Source of the DNA: a virus
Lineage: Duplodnaviria; Caudoviricetes
Virus record (IMG/VR): IMGVR_UViG_3300010366_000028
Location: 1-36,759 of that record
Direction: 5' to 3' (one strand)
DNA length: 36,759 nt
Position 1 is the stretch's first letter. Each line of letters starts with the position of its first letter. This document shows positions 19,717-27,476 of this stretch, piece by piece. The position numbers and the translations under genes are program-made. The notes under the pieces were generated by a model. The model searched no databases. It was not told the origin of the DNA and worked only from the letters and a program-made list of their open reading frames with translations.

Positions 19717-19743
19717 GCCCGGGGCGGCGGTTAGTCTTCTGGC

Positions 19744-19856
19744 GGTCAGGCGTGCCCGGAGTGGCCACAACGGGATCGTCCTGCAGGGCGATGGGGGTGC
19801 GGGCGTGGGTAACCACGTCCCGACTCCCACGCGGGTTCAAATCCCGCCCCTGACCA
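19744..19856 (+). tRNA. Non-canonical tRNA-like RNA (GCA-containing 6-nt loop, ~39-nt variable arm, 8-bp bulged acceptor)
   Basis: Acceptor GGTCAGG(C)G/CCCTGACC, D-arm CCCG-GAGTGGCCACAA-CGGG, anticodon arm TCGTC-CTGCAG-GGCGA, long V-arm with GTAA loop, T-arm GCGGG-TTCAAAT-CCCGC. Confidence 0.65.
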
Positions 19857-19857
19857 C

Positions 19858-20076
19858 TTACTCGCCAGGCCCGTAGACCACCAGCGTGTGCGCGATCTGG
19901 CACCAGGGCACGCGCACGATCCCAGCATGCGTGCGGATGTCGATCCCGAACAGTCCCTCCGTCCCGTCCACGTCCCACAGCACATCGATCGGCCGCGCGA
20001 TGTGGGGCAGCTGCTGCACCGAGGCCAGGGCGATCTTCCGGTACCGCGTCACCTTCCCCAGATTCGGCGGCTCCAC
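19858..20076 (-). CDS. Hypothetical protein, ~72 aa
   Basis: GTG start overlapping the TAG of the GNAT gene; ends IVRVPW.QI. Confidence 0.55.
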   Translation of the reverse strand: MEPPNLGKVTRYRKIALASVQQLPHIARPIDVLWDVDGTEGLFGIDIRTHAGIVRVPWCQIAHTLVVYGPGE

Positions 20077-20519
20077 TAGAACACCGGCCGGAGGCGGATC
20101 CCGTGCTGGCGCGCGATCATGGTGGCGACGGGACTCGTGCGCGTGGTCGTTTCCAGGCATGTCAGATCAAACCCTCCCTCCTGCAGAAGCCGCATGGCCA
20201 CCTTCGCCTGCCGGTACTCGGCCCGCACATACACGTAGTCCACGTGCTTGGGCGGCTCGCCCACCAGCCAGCCCACGATCACCCTGGGCGTCTCCGGCGG
20301 GTGCGCCACGATCGCCAGCCGCCTCCGCCCTTGCATCGTCAGCAGCACCTGCAGGTGCGCGCGCAGCCCGTCCAGGTAATCCTTCCCCTCGATCACCCGA
20401 TACTGCTCGCGCGCCGAGCGCGCCCACGTCTCGAACACGTACCCCACGTCGTCGCTATCGAGCGGCCGCACCGCGATCGGGATCAGCTCCCCGGAGTGGC
20501 GTCCAGCATGCGATCCCAA
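20076..20519 (-). CDS. GNAT-family acetyltransferase-like protein
   Basis: VRPLDSDD, IVGWLV, VDYVYVRAEYRQAKVAMRLL (motif A). Exact start uncertain. Confidence 0.75.
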   Translation of the reverse strand: MGSHAGRHSGELIPIAVRPLDSDDVGYVFETWARSAREQYRVIEGKDYLDGLRAHLQVLLTMQGRRRLAIVAHPPETPRVIVGWLVGEPPKHVDYVYVRAEYRQAKVAMRLLQEGGFDLTCLETTTRTSPVATMIARQHGIRLRPVF

Positions 20520-21079
20520 GTCCCTCGCCGATCCTCACGCATCAAATCCGCCACGACCGGATCCGCCTCCAGCCGTCGCAGCGCCCCAGGTCCTGACGGT
20601 ATCCCCTGACGGTATGACACCCCCGCCCTGCGGAGCCGCCGCAGGAGCCCAGGGTCACACGCCTTGACCAGCTCCCGGAGCGTCAGTGGCCGCTTTGCCT
20701 CCGCCTGCACGTAGGCCACGATCTCCTGCACTACCCGTCGTACCGTTCCATACGAGACGCCCAGCCGGAGCTGTCGGCAGATCTCCCGATACCCGACGCC
20801 CTGGGCGTGTAGGTCCAGGATCGCCCTCCGTACCCCGGGCCGGAGCTCCACAGGCGCGCGCCCACCGCGCCGCTTGAACCTCCGCATCCTGCGCCGCCGG
20901 AGGTCGAACTTGGCCCTGGCCCTCCGTACATCCGCCGCCTCACCTCGACCGCCCAGCAGGCCCAACCTGGCCTCCGGGCGGCTGGCCCGGCCCCCACGCC
21001 CACCATCGTACGCAAACCGCCTCACGCGCAGCCTAGGGCCGTCTGACGTCCGTATTACGACCCGATCCGGGTCGGGCAT
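20483..21079 (-). CDS. Arg-rich protein with sigma region-4-like HTH; candidate late transcription activator
   Basis: RRAILDLHAQGVGYREICRQLRLGVSYGTVRRVV. ATG 21079 has a GAGGGG RBS. Confidence 0.55.
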   Translation of the reverse strand: MPDPDRVVIRTSDGPRLRVRRFAYDGGRGGRASRPEARLGLLGGRGEAADVRRARAKFDLRRRRMRRFKRRGGRAPVELRPGVRRAILDLHAQGVGYREICRQLRLGVSYGTVRRVVQEIVAYVQAEAKRPLTLRELVKACDPGLLRRLRRAGVSYRQGIPSGPGALRRLEADPVVADLMREDRRGTWDRMLDATPGS

Positions 21080-21232
21080 CCCCTCGGCCGATAGACGCCG
21101 CTCCCATCGGCAAAAAAGTGGCAGTGGGCCAGGCCTCCGCCGCGTCGCCCCCCGATCGGGGGTCAGCGACCCCCCGGGGTACCCCCCCCGCCCTGTTGAT
21201 TTCATTTGACACCCCCCCGGGGGTTTCGCGGG

Positions 21233-21634
21233 TTACTCACCCTGAGCCTCGACCAGGGAGCCCAGCTCCTCGTCCGAGGCGCGGGCCGGATCCCATCCCA
21301 CGGCAGCCGCGCGGGCTTCTGCCGACAGGGACCGCACCACAAACGCTAGAGACTGCAAGGCCTTGAAGTGTTTCTGGTCCAGCAGCCCGCCCGTCTTCTC
21401 GACCGCCTCCAGCATGCTGATCTGGCGGGAGGTCAGCTTGCGGAGCGCCTCGATCTGGTCGGTGAACGAGCGGTCAGGCTGGCCCTCGATCTGCTGCCGC
21501 AGCTCCGCCTCGCGCGCGGCCTGGGCGTCTAGGATCTTCCGGCGCGTCTCCGCCTTGCGCTTCAGGAAGACCGACCGGTCGAAGTCGTCCCCTTGTTTTC
21601 CCCCAGGTACAGAGAGGCGCGGCCAATCCGGCAC
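21233..21634 (-). CDS. Helical protein, possible terminase small subunit
   Basis: Helical, with C-terminal ...ASDEEL as in many TerS proteins. No other TerS candidate lies near terL. Confidence 0.4.
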   Translation of the reverse strand: MPDWPRLSVPGGKQGDDFDRSVFLKRKAETRRKILDAQAAREAELRQQIEGQPDRSFTDQIEALRKLTSRQISMLEAVEKTGGLLDQKHFKALQSLAFVVRSLSAEARAAAVGWDPARASDEELGSLVEAQGE

Positions 21635-21776
21635 GCGTCCAACCTTGCGACTTTCTTAGGCCCAAGTCGAGCGCGGAACCTTACGTGGGTTCCGAGGTCA
21701 AGGGGCAAAAACGAGAAACGCCACCCCTTGCGCGGGGGCCGCCGCACGAAAATTGGGTCCGGCCCACAACATCCCG

Positions 21777-21974
21777 TCAAGTCCCTTCACGCCTGACCAG
21801 CCGCAGGGCTCCCGGATACATCGGCCTCATCGTGCCGTAAAGCACCAGGATCTTAGGACCTTGGCTGGGCTCCAGATGTGGGCAGGGTTCAGGAATCTGC
21901 TCGCACGAAGGCAACACCGCCAGCGCTGACACGGCTGTGGCGGTCTTGAGGGCCTGACGCCTGGTGATCCGCAT
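21777..21974 (-). CDS. Small twin-arginine (Tat) lipoprotein-like protein, 65 aa
   Basis: MRITRRQALKTATAVSALAVLPSC: RR motif, h-region and lipobox-like LPSC. Starts 2 nt after the tRNA-Met discriminator. Confidence 0.5.
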   Translation of the reverse strand: MRITRRQALKTATAVSALAVLPSCEQIPEPCPHLEPSQGPKILVLYGTMRPMYPGALRLVRREGT

Positions 21975-21976
21975 CG

Positions 21977-22047
21977 TTGCAGGGGTGGGAATCGAACCCA
22001 CTTGGTGGGGTTATGAGCCCCATGACGCTCCGGTCGTCCACCCTGCA
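21977..22047 (-). tRNA. tRNA-Met(CAT), initiator (fMet)-like
   Basis: TGCAGGG/CCCTGCA acceptor, GACG/CGTC D-stem, TGGGG-CTCATAA-CCCCA anticodon arm with consecutive G-C pairs, GTGGG-TTCGATT-CCCAC T-arm, A73. No encoded CCA. Confidence 0.85.
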
Positions 22048-22106
22048 GGCCCACATTGCGTCGGCCTGCCCGGTCAGGGCAAGCTCGTGAACGGAGGTTC
22101 GGCGAG

Positions 22107-22250
22107 ATGCGTGAGATCCTGACTTGGTTCGGCTGGTTCGGAGCCATCGGTCTCGGGCTGTCGTTCGTGATGGGCGTGATCCGCACGGTCGTGCAGCGCG
22201 AGCTGGACAGAGAGCGCCGTCGCTCGGGTCCGCCTCCGTCCTCTGGGTAA
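22107..22250 (+). CDS. Small single-pass membrane protein, 47 aa
   Basis: GGAGG RBS; ILTWFGWFGAIGLGLSFVMGVI followed by a basic tail. Confidence 0.55.
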   Translation: MREILTWFGWFGAIGLGLSFVMGVIRTVVQRELDRERRRSGPPPSSG

Positions 22251-22590
22251 ACCGCTAGACCACCCGTGCCATCCTGGCCGGGGCCGACGGGCTTTCGCCC
22301 AACGGCACTACGCCCTACCTGTTGAGCGACCGCAGGCTGCTAGCGCGGGGGTGGTCCTGGTGGTGGCACTCACCCGCGCCTCTGACCTGTTGGGTATCTC
22401 GCTCCGACCGGGCCCGCTGGCCTGCCAGCTTCGCCAACCTTCCCAGGCTACCGGGAGTCCTGGGCCGCGTGCGACCGTGAGGGTTGGCTTCCCGCCACAC
22501 GATACGGGCGTGCGGGCCCGCGGGGCCATTTGGGTTCTCGACCTTGCGGTCTCCCCTCCGTCCCCCTCGACGGGAAAACTGAAACTGTTG

Positions 22591-22614
22591 ACTGCCGACC
22601 CCGGGGTCGGCAGT
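22591..22614. repeat. Perfect 24-bp palindrome ACTGCCGACCCCGGGGTCGGCAGT
   Basis: Seen directly. Flanks extend imperfectly (GTTG/CAAC; GAAACTG/CAGTTTC). Confidence 0.85.
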
Positions 22615-22662
22615 TTCAACCAGCTGGGCTCGTGCTTCACGCCATGGGACCGGCACCTCCGC

Positions 22663-22700
22663 CGCCCCTGCTGGTTTCGCCGCTGGCAGGGGCGTTTTTC
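22663..22700 (+). terminator. Intrinsic terminator-like hairpin
   Basis: CGCCCCTGC...GCAGGGGCG followed by TTTTTC. Confidence 0.5.
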
Positions 22701-22709
22701 GTCCGCCCG

Positions 22710-22895
22710 TCACGCCACGCCCCACGGCCCGAGCAGGTCTGCCCACTGCTCGAAGGCTGCTTGGAGTTTCGGCGGCAAGTGACCCCACGGCAGGCGCTCC
22801 TCGACGATCCTGCCTAGCTCTCCTCGCAGAGCCGCGTCCAGATCTTTCAACTCGCTAAGGACTACCAGGTACAGATCCTCGCCTGGCGATTTCAC
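22710..22895 (-). CDS. Hypothetical protein, ~61 aa
   Basis: GTG start after GAAGGGGGG; KSPGEDLY...LPW..LP...Q.AFE.WA. Confidence 0.45.
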   Translation of the reverse strand: MKSPGEDLYLVVLSELKDLDAALRGELGRIVEERLPWGHLPPKLQAAFEQWADLLGPWGVA

Positions 22896-23213
22896 GATCC
22901 CCCCTTCGCGAGCAACCGCATCGCTCGTCGTTGCAGCCCCACGCTGGCGCGCACGAGCAGACGCGCTAACCGCATCAGGACCGTTGCCGTTAGGTGCCGG
23001 ATCGATGCGCGCACGACCTACACGCTGGCAGCGCGATCGTTGCTTGACCAGCACGAAAAAACAGCCCGGCGCGTCCTCAACAGCTGCCGCTAGTTAGTTC
23101 GAGTTCGCGATCTGCGGCTCGTTTTCCCGTTGCCCACGATCGGGTCGTAATGCTTGGTTGCGATCTGTGGGGTTGCTGCTCGTTGTGGAGCGGTCCCAAC
23201 GGAGGTGAACCTA

Positions 23214-23423
23214 ATGACTGCGACGTCGTTGGACGATGTATTGGTCGCGTTTGCACACGCACGCGAGGATCTGGCCAAGGCCGCGGGCACATGCCAACGC
23301 CTGCAGAACGAGCTCGACTTCGCCCACCGTCACGAGCGCGAGAAGCGGGCGCTGGTGGACCGCCTGCGCTCCGAGGCCATGTCGCTCATGCCGCGCGGCT
23401 GGGCCCAGGAGGTCGAGACATGA
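23214..23423 (+). CDS. Hypothetical coiled-coil protein, 69 aa
   Basis: GGAGGTG RBS; first gene of the rightward early arm. Confidence 0.65.
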   Translation: MTATSLDDVLVAFAHAREDLAKAAGTCQRLQNELDFAHRHEREKRALVDRLRSEAMSLMPRGWAQEVET

Positions 23424-24382
23424 GCGGCGAGCTGATCAAGCAGGAATCCGTGGCTGCAGTGCGCGTCGAGGAGAGCGAGTTTACCGTCGACGACCTGGTC
23501 CGCCAGGTGGAGAAGATCCGCGAGGCCATGCGGCGCGTGATGCGGGCTGGCGTCCACTACGGGACCATCGAGGGGATGGAGAAGCCCTCGCTGTGGAAGC
23601 CCGGGGCTGAGGTGCTTTGTATGCTGTTTCGGCTTGCGCCGGAAATGACTATTGTCCGCGCCGTCGAAACCAGCGACGAGATCACGTTCGTGATCCGTTG
23701 CGACCTGACCCAAATGTCGACGGGCGTCCGTTACGGGTCCGGAATTGGTTCCTGCTCGTCGCGCGAGAAGAAGTACGGCACGCGCCAGGCCCAGCGGACG
23801 TGCCCCTACTGCAAGCGGGCCTCGATCTTCGTGTCCAAGAAGGAGCCAGGCTTCTACTGCTACGGCAAGGTCGGCGGCTGCGGGCGCAACTTCCAGCCCA
23901 ACGACCAGCGCATCACCAATCAACCCGTCGGGACCATCCCTAACCCGGACATTTGGGAACAGCACAACACGCTGCTCAAGATGGCCCAGAAGCGGGCGCT
24001 CGTTGCGGCGGTGCTGGCCTGCACGGCAGCCTCGGACTCGTTTACGCAGGACCTCGAAGACAAAACCGGCGAGCCCGAGCCCGAGGGACCCCCTGCGCCG
24101 GTGCGCGGCCCGCACCCCGAGGGCCAGACGGTGGGCAAGCCCGAGGCCCAGCCGACGGTGACCGCCACCGATACGGGGCCGGGCCCGACCATGAAGCAGC
24201 TGCGGTTCTACTACCGAATGCTGGAGCAGCTGAACGTGACCGAGACCGAGGCCCTGGGACGCGTCGGTGAAATCGTCGGGCACAAGGTCGAGGCCCCGGA
24301 GGACCTGACCGGGCCGGAGATGTCGCGGGTGCTGGACCACATGCAGAAGGCCGTCGAGGCCAACACCGGAGGTGCTGAATGA
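23420..24382 (+). CDS. Single-strand annealing protein (RecT/Redbeta/ERF-like superfamily) with Zn-finger insert, 320 aa
   Basis: HYGTI...KPSLWKPGAE.L, GIGSCSSREKKY, NTLLKMAQKRALVAAVL...SDSFTQDLED; CPYC...C.....GC insert. Confidence 0.7.
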   Translation: MSGELIKQESVAAVRVEESEFTVDDLVRQVEKIREAMRRVMRAGVHYGTIEGMEKPSLWKPGAEVLCMLFRLAPEMTIVRAVETSDEITFVIRCDLTQMSTGVRYGSGIGSCSSREKKYGTRQAQRTCPYCKRASIFVSKKEPGFYCYGKVGGCGRNFQPNDQRITNQPVGTIPNPDIWEQHNTLLKMAQKRALVAAVLACTAASDSFTQDLEDKTGEPEPEGPPAPVRGPHPEGQTVGKPEAQPTVTATDTGPGPTMKQLRFYYRMLEQLNVTETEALGRVGEIVGHKVEAPEDLTGPEMSRVLDHMQKAVEANTGGAE

Positions 24383-24780
24383 GACTGAAGAAGAAGATCA
24401 AGGTGGAGCTGAAACGCGCGCCCATGCCGAGCTGGATGCGATTCCAGCAGGACGTGCTGCAGCTCCTGCGCGATGCCCTGCGACCGCCGACGGCCGAGGG
24501 GATCCACGTCACCATCGACACCGTCGCTGGCGCGCGCGTCTCGGGCAAGGTCACGCGGGCGTCGGTGTTCGGGATCCACGTGACCAGCAACGATCACTCG
24601 CGGGCGCTGGCTGCGTACGTGCCCCTGCAGGCCATCGACGTGATGGACATCGAGCCCACCTGGCAGGCCGAGCAGCTGCACCAGGATCCCAACGAGCCAG
24701 GCGAGGATCAGCCGGAGCCCGATCCGGATCTGCCGCCGCAAGATGACGAGGCTGCGCCCGATGCCGCAGTCGTGCCCTAA
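24379..24780 (+). CDS. Hypothetical protein, 133 aa
   Basis: ATGA-coupled, GGAGG RBS. Confidence 0.65.
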   Translation: MRLKKKIKVELKRAPMPSWMRFQQDVLQLLRDALRPPTAEGIHVTIDTVAGARVSGKVTRASVFGIHVTSNDHSRALAAYVPLQAIDVMDIEPTWQAEQLHQDPNEPGEDQPEPDPDLPPQDDEAAPDAAVVP

Positions 24781-24994
24781 CTGCCGGCAGCCCGTCCGCT
24801 GGTTGTTGACCACATTCGGGGAGCGTATGCCCGTCGACGCCGATCCAGTCCCGGGGGGGACCATCGCGATCGATGAGGCTGGGCGAGCCGTCAAGGTCGC
24901 GGGATCGCCGGACCGACGGGCATACGTTCCCCACTACCTCACCTGCGCGCGGTCGTATCTCGCGCCGAAACGAAAGCGAAAGGCCAAACGATGA
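24761..24994 (+). CDS. Small Zn-binding phage protein
   Basis: CPNC..VRW..T..G..MPVD...H..TC pattern, common in phage early regions. Confidence 0.65.
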   Translation: MPQSCPNCRQPVRWLLTTFGERMPVDADPVPGGTIAIDEAGRAVKVAGSPDRRAYVPHYLTCARSYLAPKRKRKAKR

Positions 24995-25971
24995 TTGACG
25001 CGCGTCACCTGGGTCCTGGGGGATATTGCGGGGAGGCTCGACACCTCCTGGCGGAGAACCTGATCTGGACGGTCGACGACCTCCGGCGCGACGCCTTCGT
25101 CGCCATGGTGGACCTGGGTGGCGCGCGGTTTGACGCGAGGACGACAGCCAAGGAGATCCTCGACGCGGCCATGCGAGCGCTGTCGCTGTCGGACCGCCTG
25201 GCGGTGGATGGCTGGTATGCCGATTACGTCGAGGACGTGCGGCGCGGGACCATCCCAGCCACGCATGTGTTCAACCGAGTGCTGGCGATGGAGCTGTCGG
25301 GGCGTGTGCTGCCGAAGACCGAGGGGGCCGGGCCCTCGACGATCTGGGGCAACGTCGACTGTGCGTGGTGCACCTCGGAGTCGACCGGCAAAGATCCCGA
25401 GACCATCGCGGTGGTGCTGCAGCACTACCTGGACAGCCCAGGCGATCGGCCGCCGCCCCAGGAGGACCTGCACCTCGCTTACCTGGGCCTGGCCTGGGCG
25501 GAGACCAACGAGGTCGAGCGCGCTCGCGTGGGTCGCTGCTTCCACCGCCCCGCCGGCGAGCCGCGCTACGAGTGGTCGCCGGTGCTGGGCGATCACGAGC
25601 TGGCGGCGATTTGGCGACGGGTCCGGCAGACGGTGGCTGCACCACGCACCGCCTCGGTGTCGGCCTATTGCGAGGTCTGCCCGGCCCGGCGGCACTGCCA
25701 GGCCTGGCTCCTGCCAGCGGTGATGGGCGCGCACGAGGCGCTGCGTCCGTTCCAGCGCAAGGGCGGCCCACCGCTCAATAAGCAGACCGCGGGCAAGGCG
25801 CTGCGGATCGTGGGCGCGATGAAGGACGCCGCGGCGCTGGTCGAGGGGCAGCTGCGCGCCTACGCGCGCGCCGAGGGGGGGATCCCCGACGGCCGCGGCA
25901 ACGTGTGGGGGCCCGTGCAGGGCAAGGGAAAGCAAACCGGTGAGGTGTTCCAATGGCGCGAGGACAAGTAG
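24991..25971 (+). CDS. PD-(D/E)XK / Cas4-AddB-like exonuclease homolog, possibly catalytically degenerate, 326 aa
   Basis: IWGNVD, LHLAY and C-terminal YCEVCPARRHC; close to the SSAP gene. Confidence 0.55.
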   Translation: MIDARHLGPGGYCGEARHLLAENLIWTVDDLRRDAFVAMVDLGGARFDARTTAKEILDAAMRALSLSDRLAVDGWYADYVEDVRRGTIPATHVFNRVLAMELSGRVLPKTEGAGPSTIWGNVDCAWCTSESTGKDPETIAVVLQHYLDSPGDRPPPQEDLHLAYLGLAWAETNEVERARVGRCFHRPAGEPRYEWSPVLGDHELAAIWRRVRQTVAAPRTASVSAYCEVCPARRHCQAWLLPAVMGAHEALRPFQRKGGPPLNKQTAGKALRIVGAMKDAAALVEGQLRAYARAEGGIPDGRGNVWGPVQGKGKQTGEVFQWREDK

Positions 25972-26183
25972 TCAGCTACGTCGAGGACCTCGACGACGAG
26001 GTGCGGGAGCAGGCCTGCGGGCCTGGCGAGAACATCTTCCTGCGACCCAGTTGCCATCCCACGTACGGGCTGTTTCCGGTGTATCGGCCCGAGATGAGCT
26101 GCCTCGCGTTCCTGTGCGCGCACTGCGGGAGCGAGTGGGGCCCGCGCGTGGTGATCGCCCACGATCCGCGGCGAGCCAACTAG
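25953..26183 (+). CDS. Hypothetical Cys/His protein
   Basis: SCHP...CAHCG; fills the gap between the nuclease and methylase. Confidence 0.45.
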   Translation: MARGQVVSYVEDLDDEVREQACGPGENIFLRPSCHPTYGLFPVYRPEMSCLAFLCAHCGSEWGPRVVIAHDPRRAN

Positions 26184-26926
26184 TGGCCTACCTGATCCAC
26201 ATGGGCGATTGTCTCGATCCCGAGACGGGCCTGGCCACATTGGGCGATGGCGCGATCGATCACGTGATCACCGATCCGCCCTACGAGGCGGAGGCCCACA
26301 CCTCGGCCCGACTGGTGGCGCGCGGCGGAGGCGTCCTGTGCGAGGAGCCGCTGGATTTTGCGCCGATCACCGAGGAGGTGCGCCGCGAGGCGGCTCTGCA
26401 CTTCGCGCGGGTGGCGCGGCGGTGGTCGCTGATGTTTTGCCAGGCGGAGGCCATCGCGCTGTGGCGCGACGCCATGCAGATGGGCGGGGCCAGCTACCGG
26501 CGCTCGTGCGTGTGGATCAAGCCCGGGGCCAAACCGCAGTACTCGGGCGATCGGCCCGGTATCGGCTACGAGTCGATCGTCGTCTGCCACGCCCCGGGGC
26601 GCAGCACCTGGAACGGCGGAGGCCAGCTGGGCGTGTTCACGTTCACGGTGCCGCAGCACGGTCGCCTGCACATGACCGAGAAGCCGCTGGCCCTGATGGA
26701 GACGCTGGTGCGCCTGTTCACCGATCCCGGCGACACCATCGTCGATCCGTTCATGGGCTCCGGCACGACGGGCGTGGCTGCCGTCCACCTGGGCCGCAAC
26801 TTCATCGGCTGGGAAAAGGACCCGCGCTACTTCCGGGTGGCGCAGCGACGGCTGGCGCGCGTGCGCGAGCAGCTGGAGATTCGAGCGGAGCGGCCCGAGC
26901 CGATCCAGGAGGAGCTCCCGCTATGA
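26183..26926 (+). CDS. DNA N6-adenine/N4-cytosine methyltransferase (beta class), 247 aa
   Basis: GDCL, ITDPPY, HMTEKP, DPFMGSGTTG, FIGWE. Confidence 0.92.
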   Translation: MAYLIHMGDCLDPETGLATLGDGAIDHVITDPPYEAEAHTSARLVARGGGVLCEEPLDFAPITEEVRREAALHFARVARRWSLMFCQAEAIALWRDAMQMGGASYRRSCVWIKPGAKPQYSGDRPGIGYESIVVCHAPGRSTWNGGGQLGVFTFTVPQHGRLHMTEKPLALMETLVRLFTDPGDTIVDPFMGSGTTGVAAVHLGRNFIGWEKDPRYFRVAQRRLARVREQLEIRAERPEPIQEELPL

Positions 26927-27213
26927 AGCTGCCTAACCTGCCGCCGATCTACCTGCGCCCGCCCGATGTGCGGCGAGCCGTGATCATGTGCCAGGCCGAG
27001 GGCCAGTTCCGATCACATGATTATGTGGGTAAGGACGCGGTGTGGGACCAGGCCCAGCGGCTGCGGGACGTGTTCCTGCAGTTCCAGTGTGAACGTTGCG
27101 GCAACGTTCGGCGGTGGGGCAACGAGACCATCGGGCTCCAGCATTCCCGGACTGACGCTGACGCCGAGGCTGCCGTTGCCGCCGAGCTGGCGGAGGCGGA
27201 GGGCGACGGATGA
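26923..27213 (+). CDS. Hypothetical protein, 96 aa
   Basis: ATGA-coupled, GGAGGAG RBS, CERCG motif. Confidence 0.6.
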   Translation: MKLPNLPPIYLRPPDVRRAVIMCQAEGQFRSHDYVGKDAVWDQAQRLRDVFLQFQCERCGNVRRWGNETIGLQHSRTDADAEAAVAAELAEAEGDG

Positions 27214-27476
27214 GCTGCTACCCAACGATCCTGGTCGCCAGCAAGTTCGTGACCTGGGTGGCGTGGAAGCGTCTCCCACCCGAGCTGCGCGCCCAGGTCA
27301 AGGCGAAACGCCATCCCCAGGGAACGTTTCTAACGGCGCTGGGCCCAGCTGGTTGGCCCTGGGTGCAGGAACAGGCCCAACGTTGGGGCGTCCGGGAATG
27401 GCGCAGGGGGGCATGGCGGGTGGTGAAAGGTAATAGTCTTATTTTGACTATCGGTGTCCCGGGGGGGCGACGGTAG
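27210..27476 (+). CDS. Hypothetical protein, 88 aa
   Basis: ATGA-coupled ORF. Confidence 0.5.
   Translation: MSCYPTILVASKFVTWVAWKRLPPELRAQVKAKRHPQGTFLTALGPAGWPWVQEQAQRWGVREWRRGAWRVVKGNSLILTIGVPGGRR

Noticed and set aside
19579-19856. tmRNA or group I intron call for the structured RNA
   Set aside because: No G3-U70 alanine acceptor or tag ORF. The GACTA/TAGTC pairing lacks the other group I core elements. The 3' part folds better as a stand-alone cloverleaf.
22308-22788. ORFs 22308..22640(-), 22315..22788(-) and 22351..22782(+)
   Set aside because: Overlapping, no motifs, and they run through palindromes and a terminator; none could be supported as a gene.
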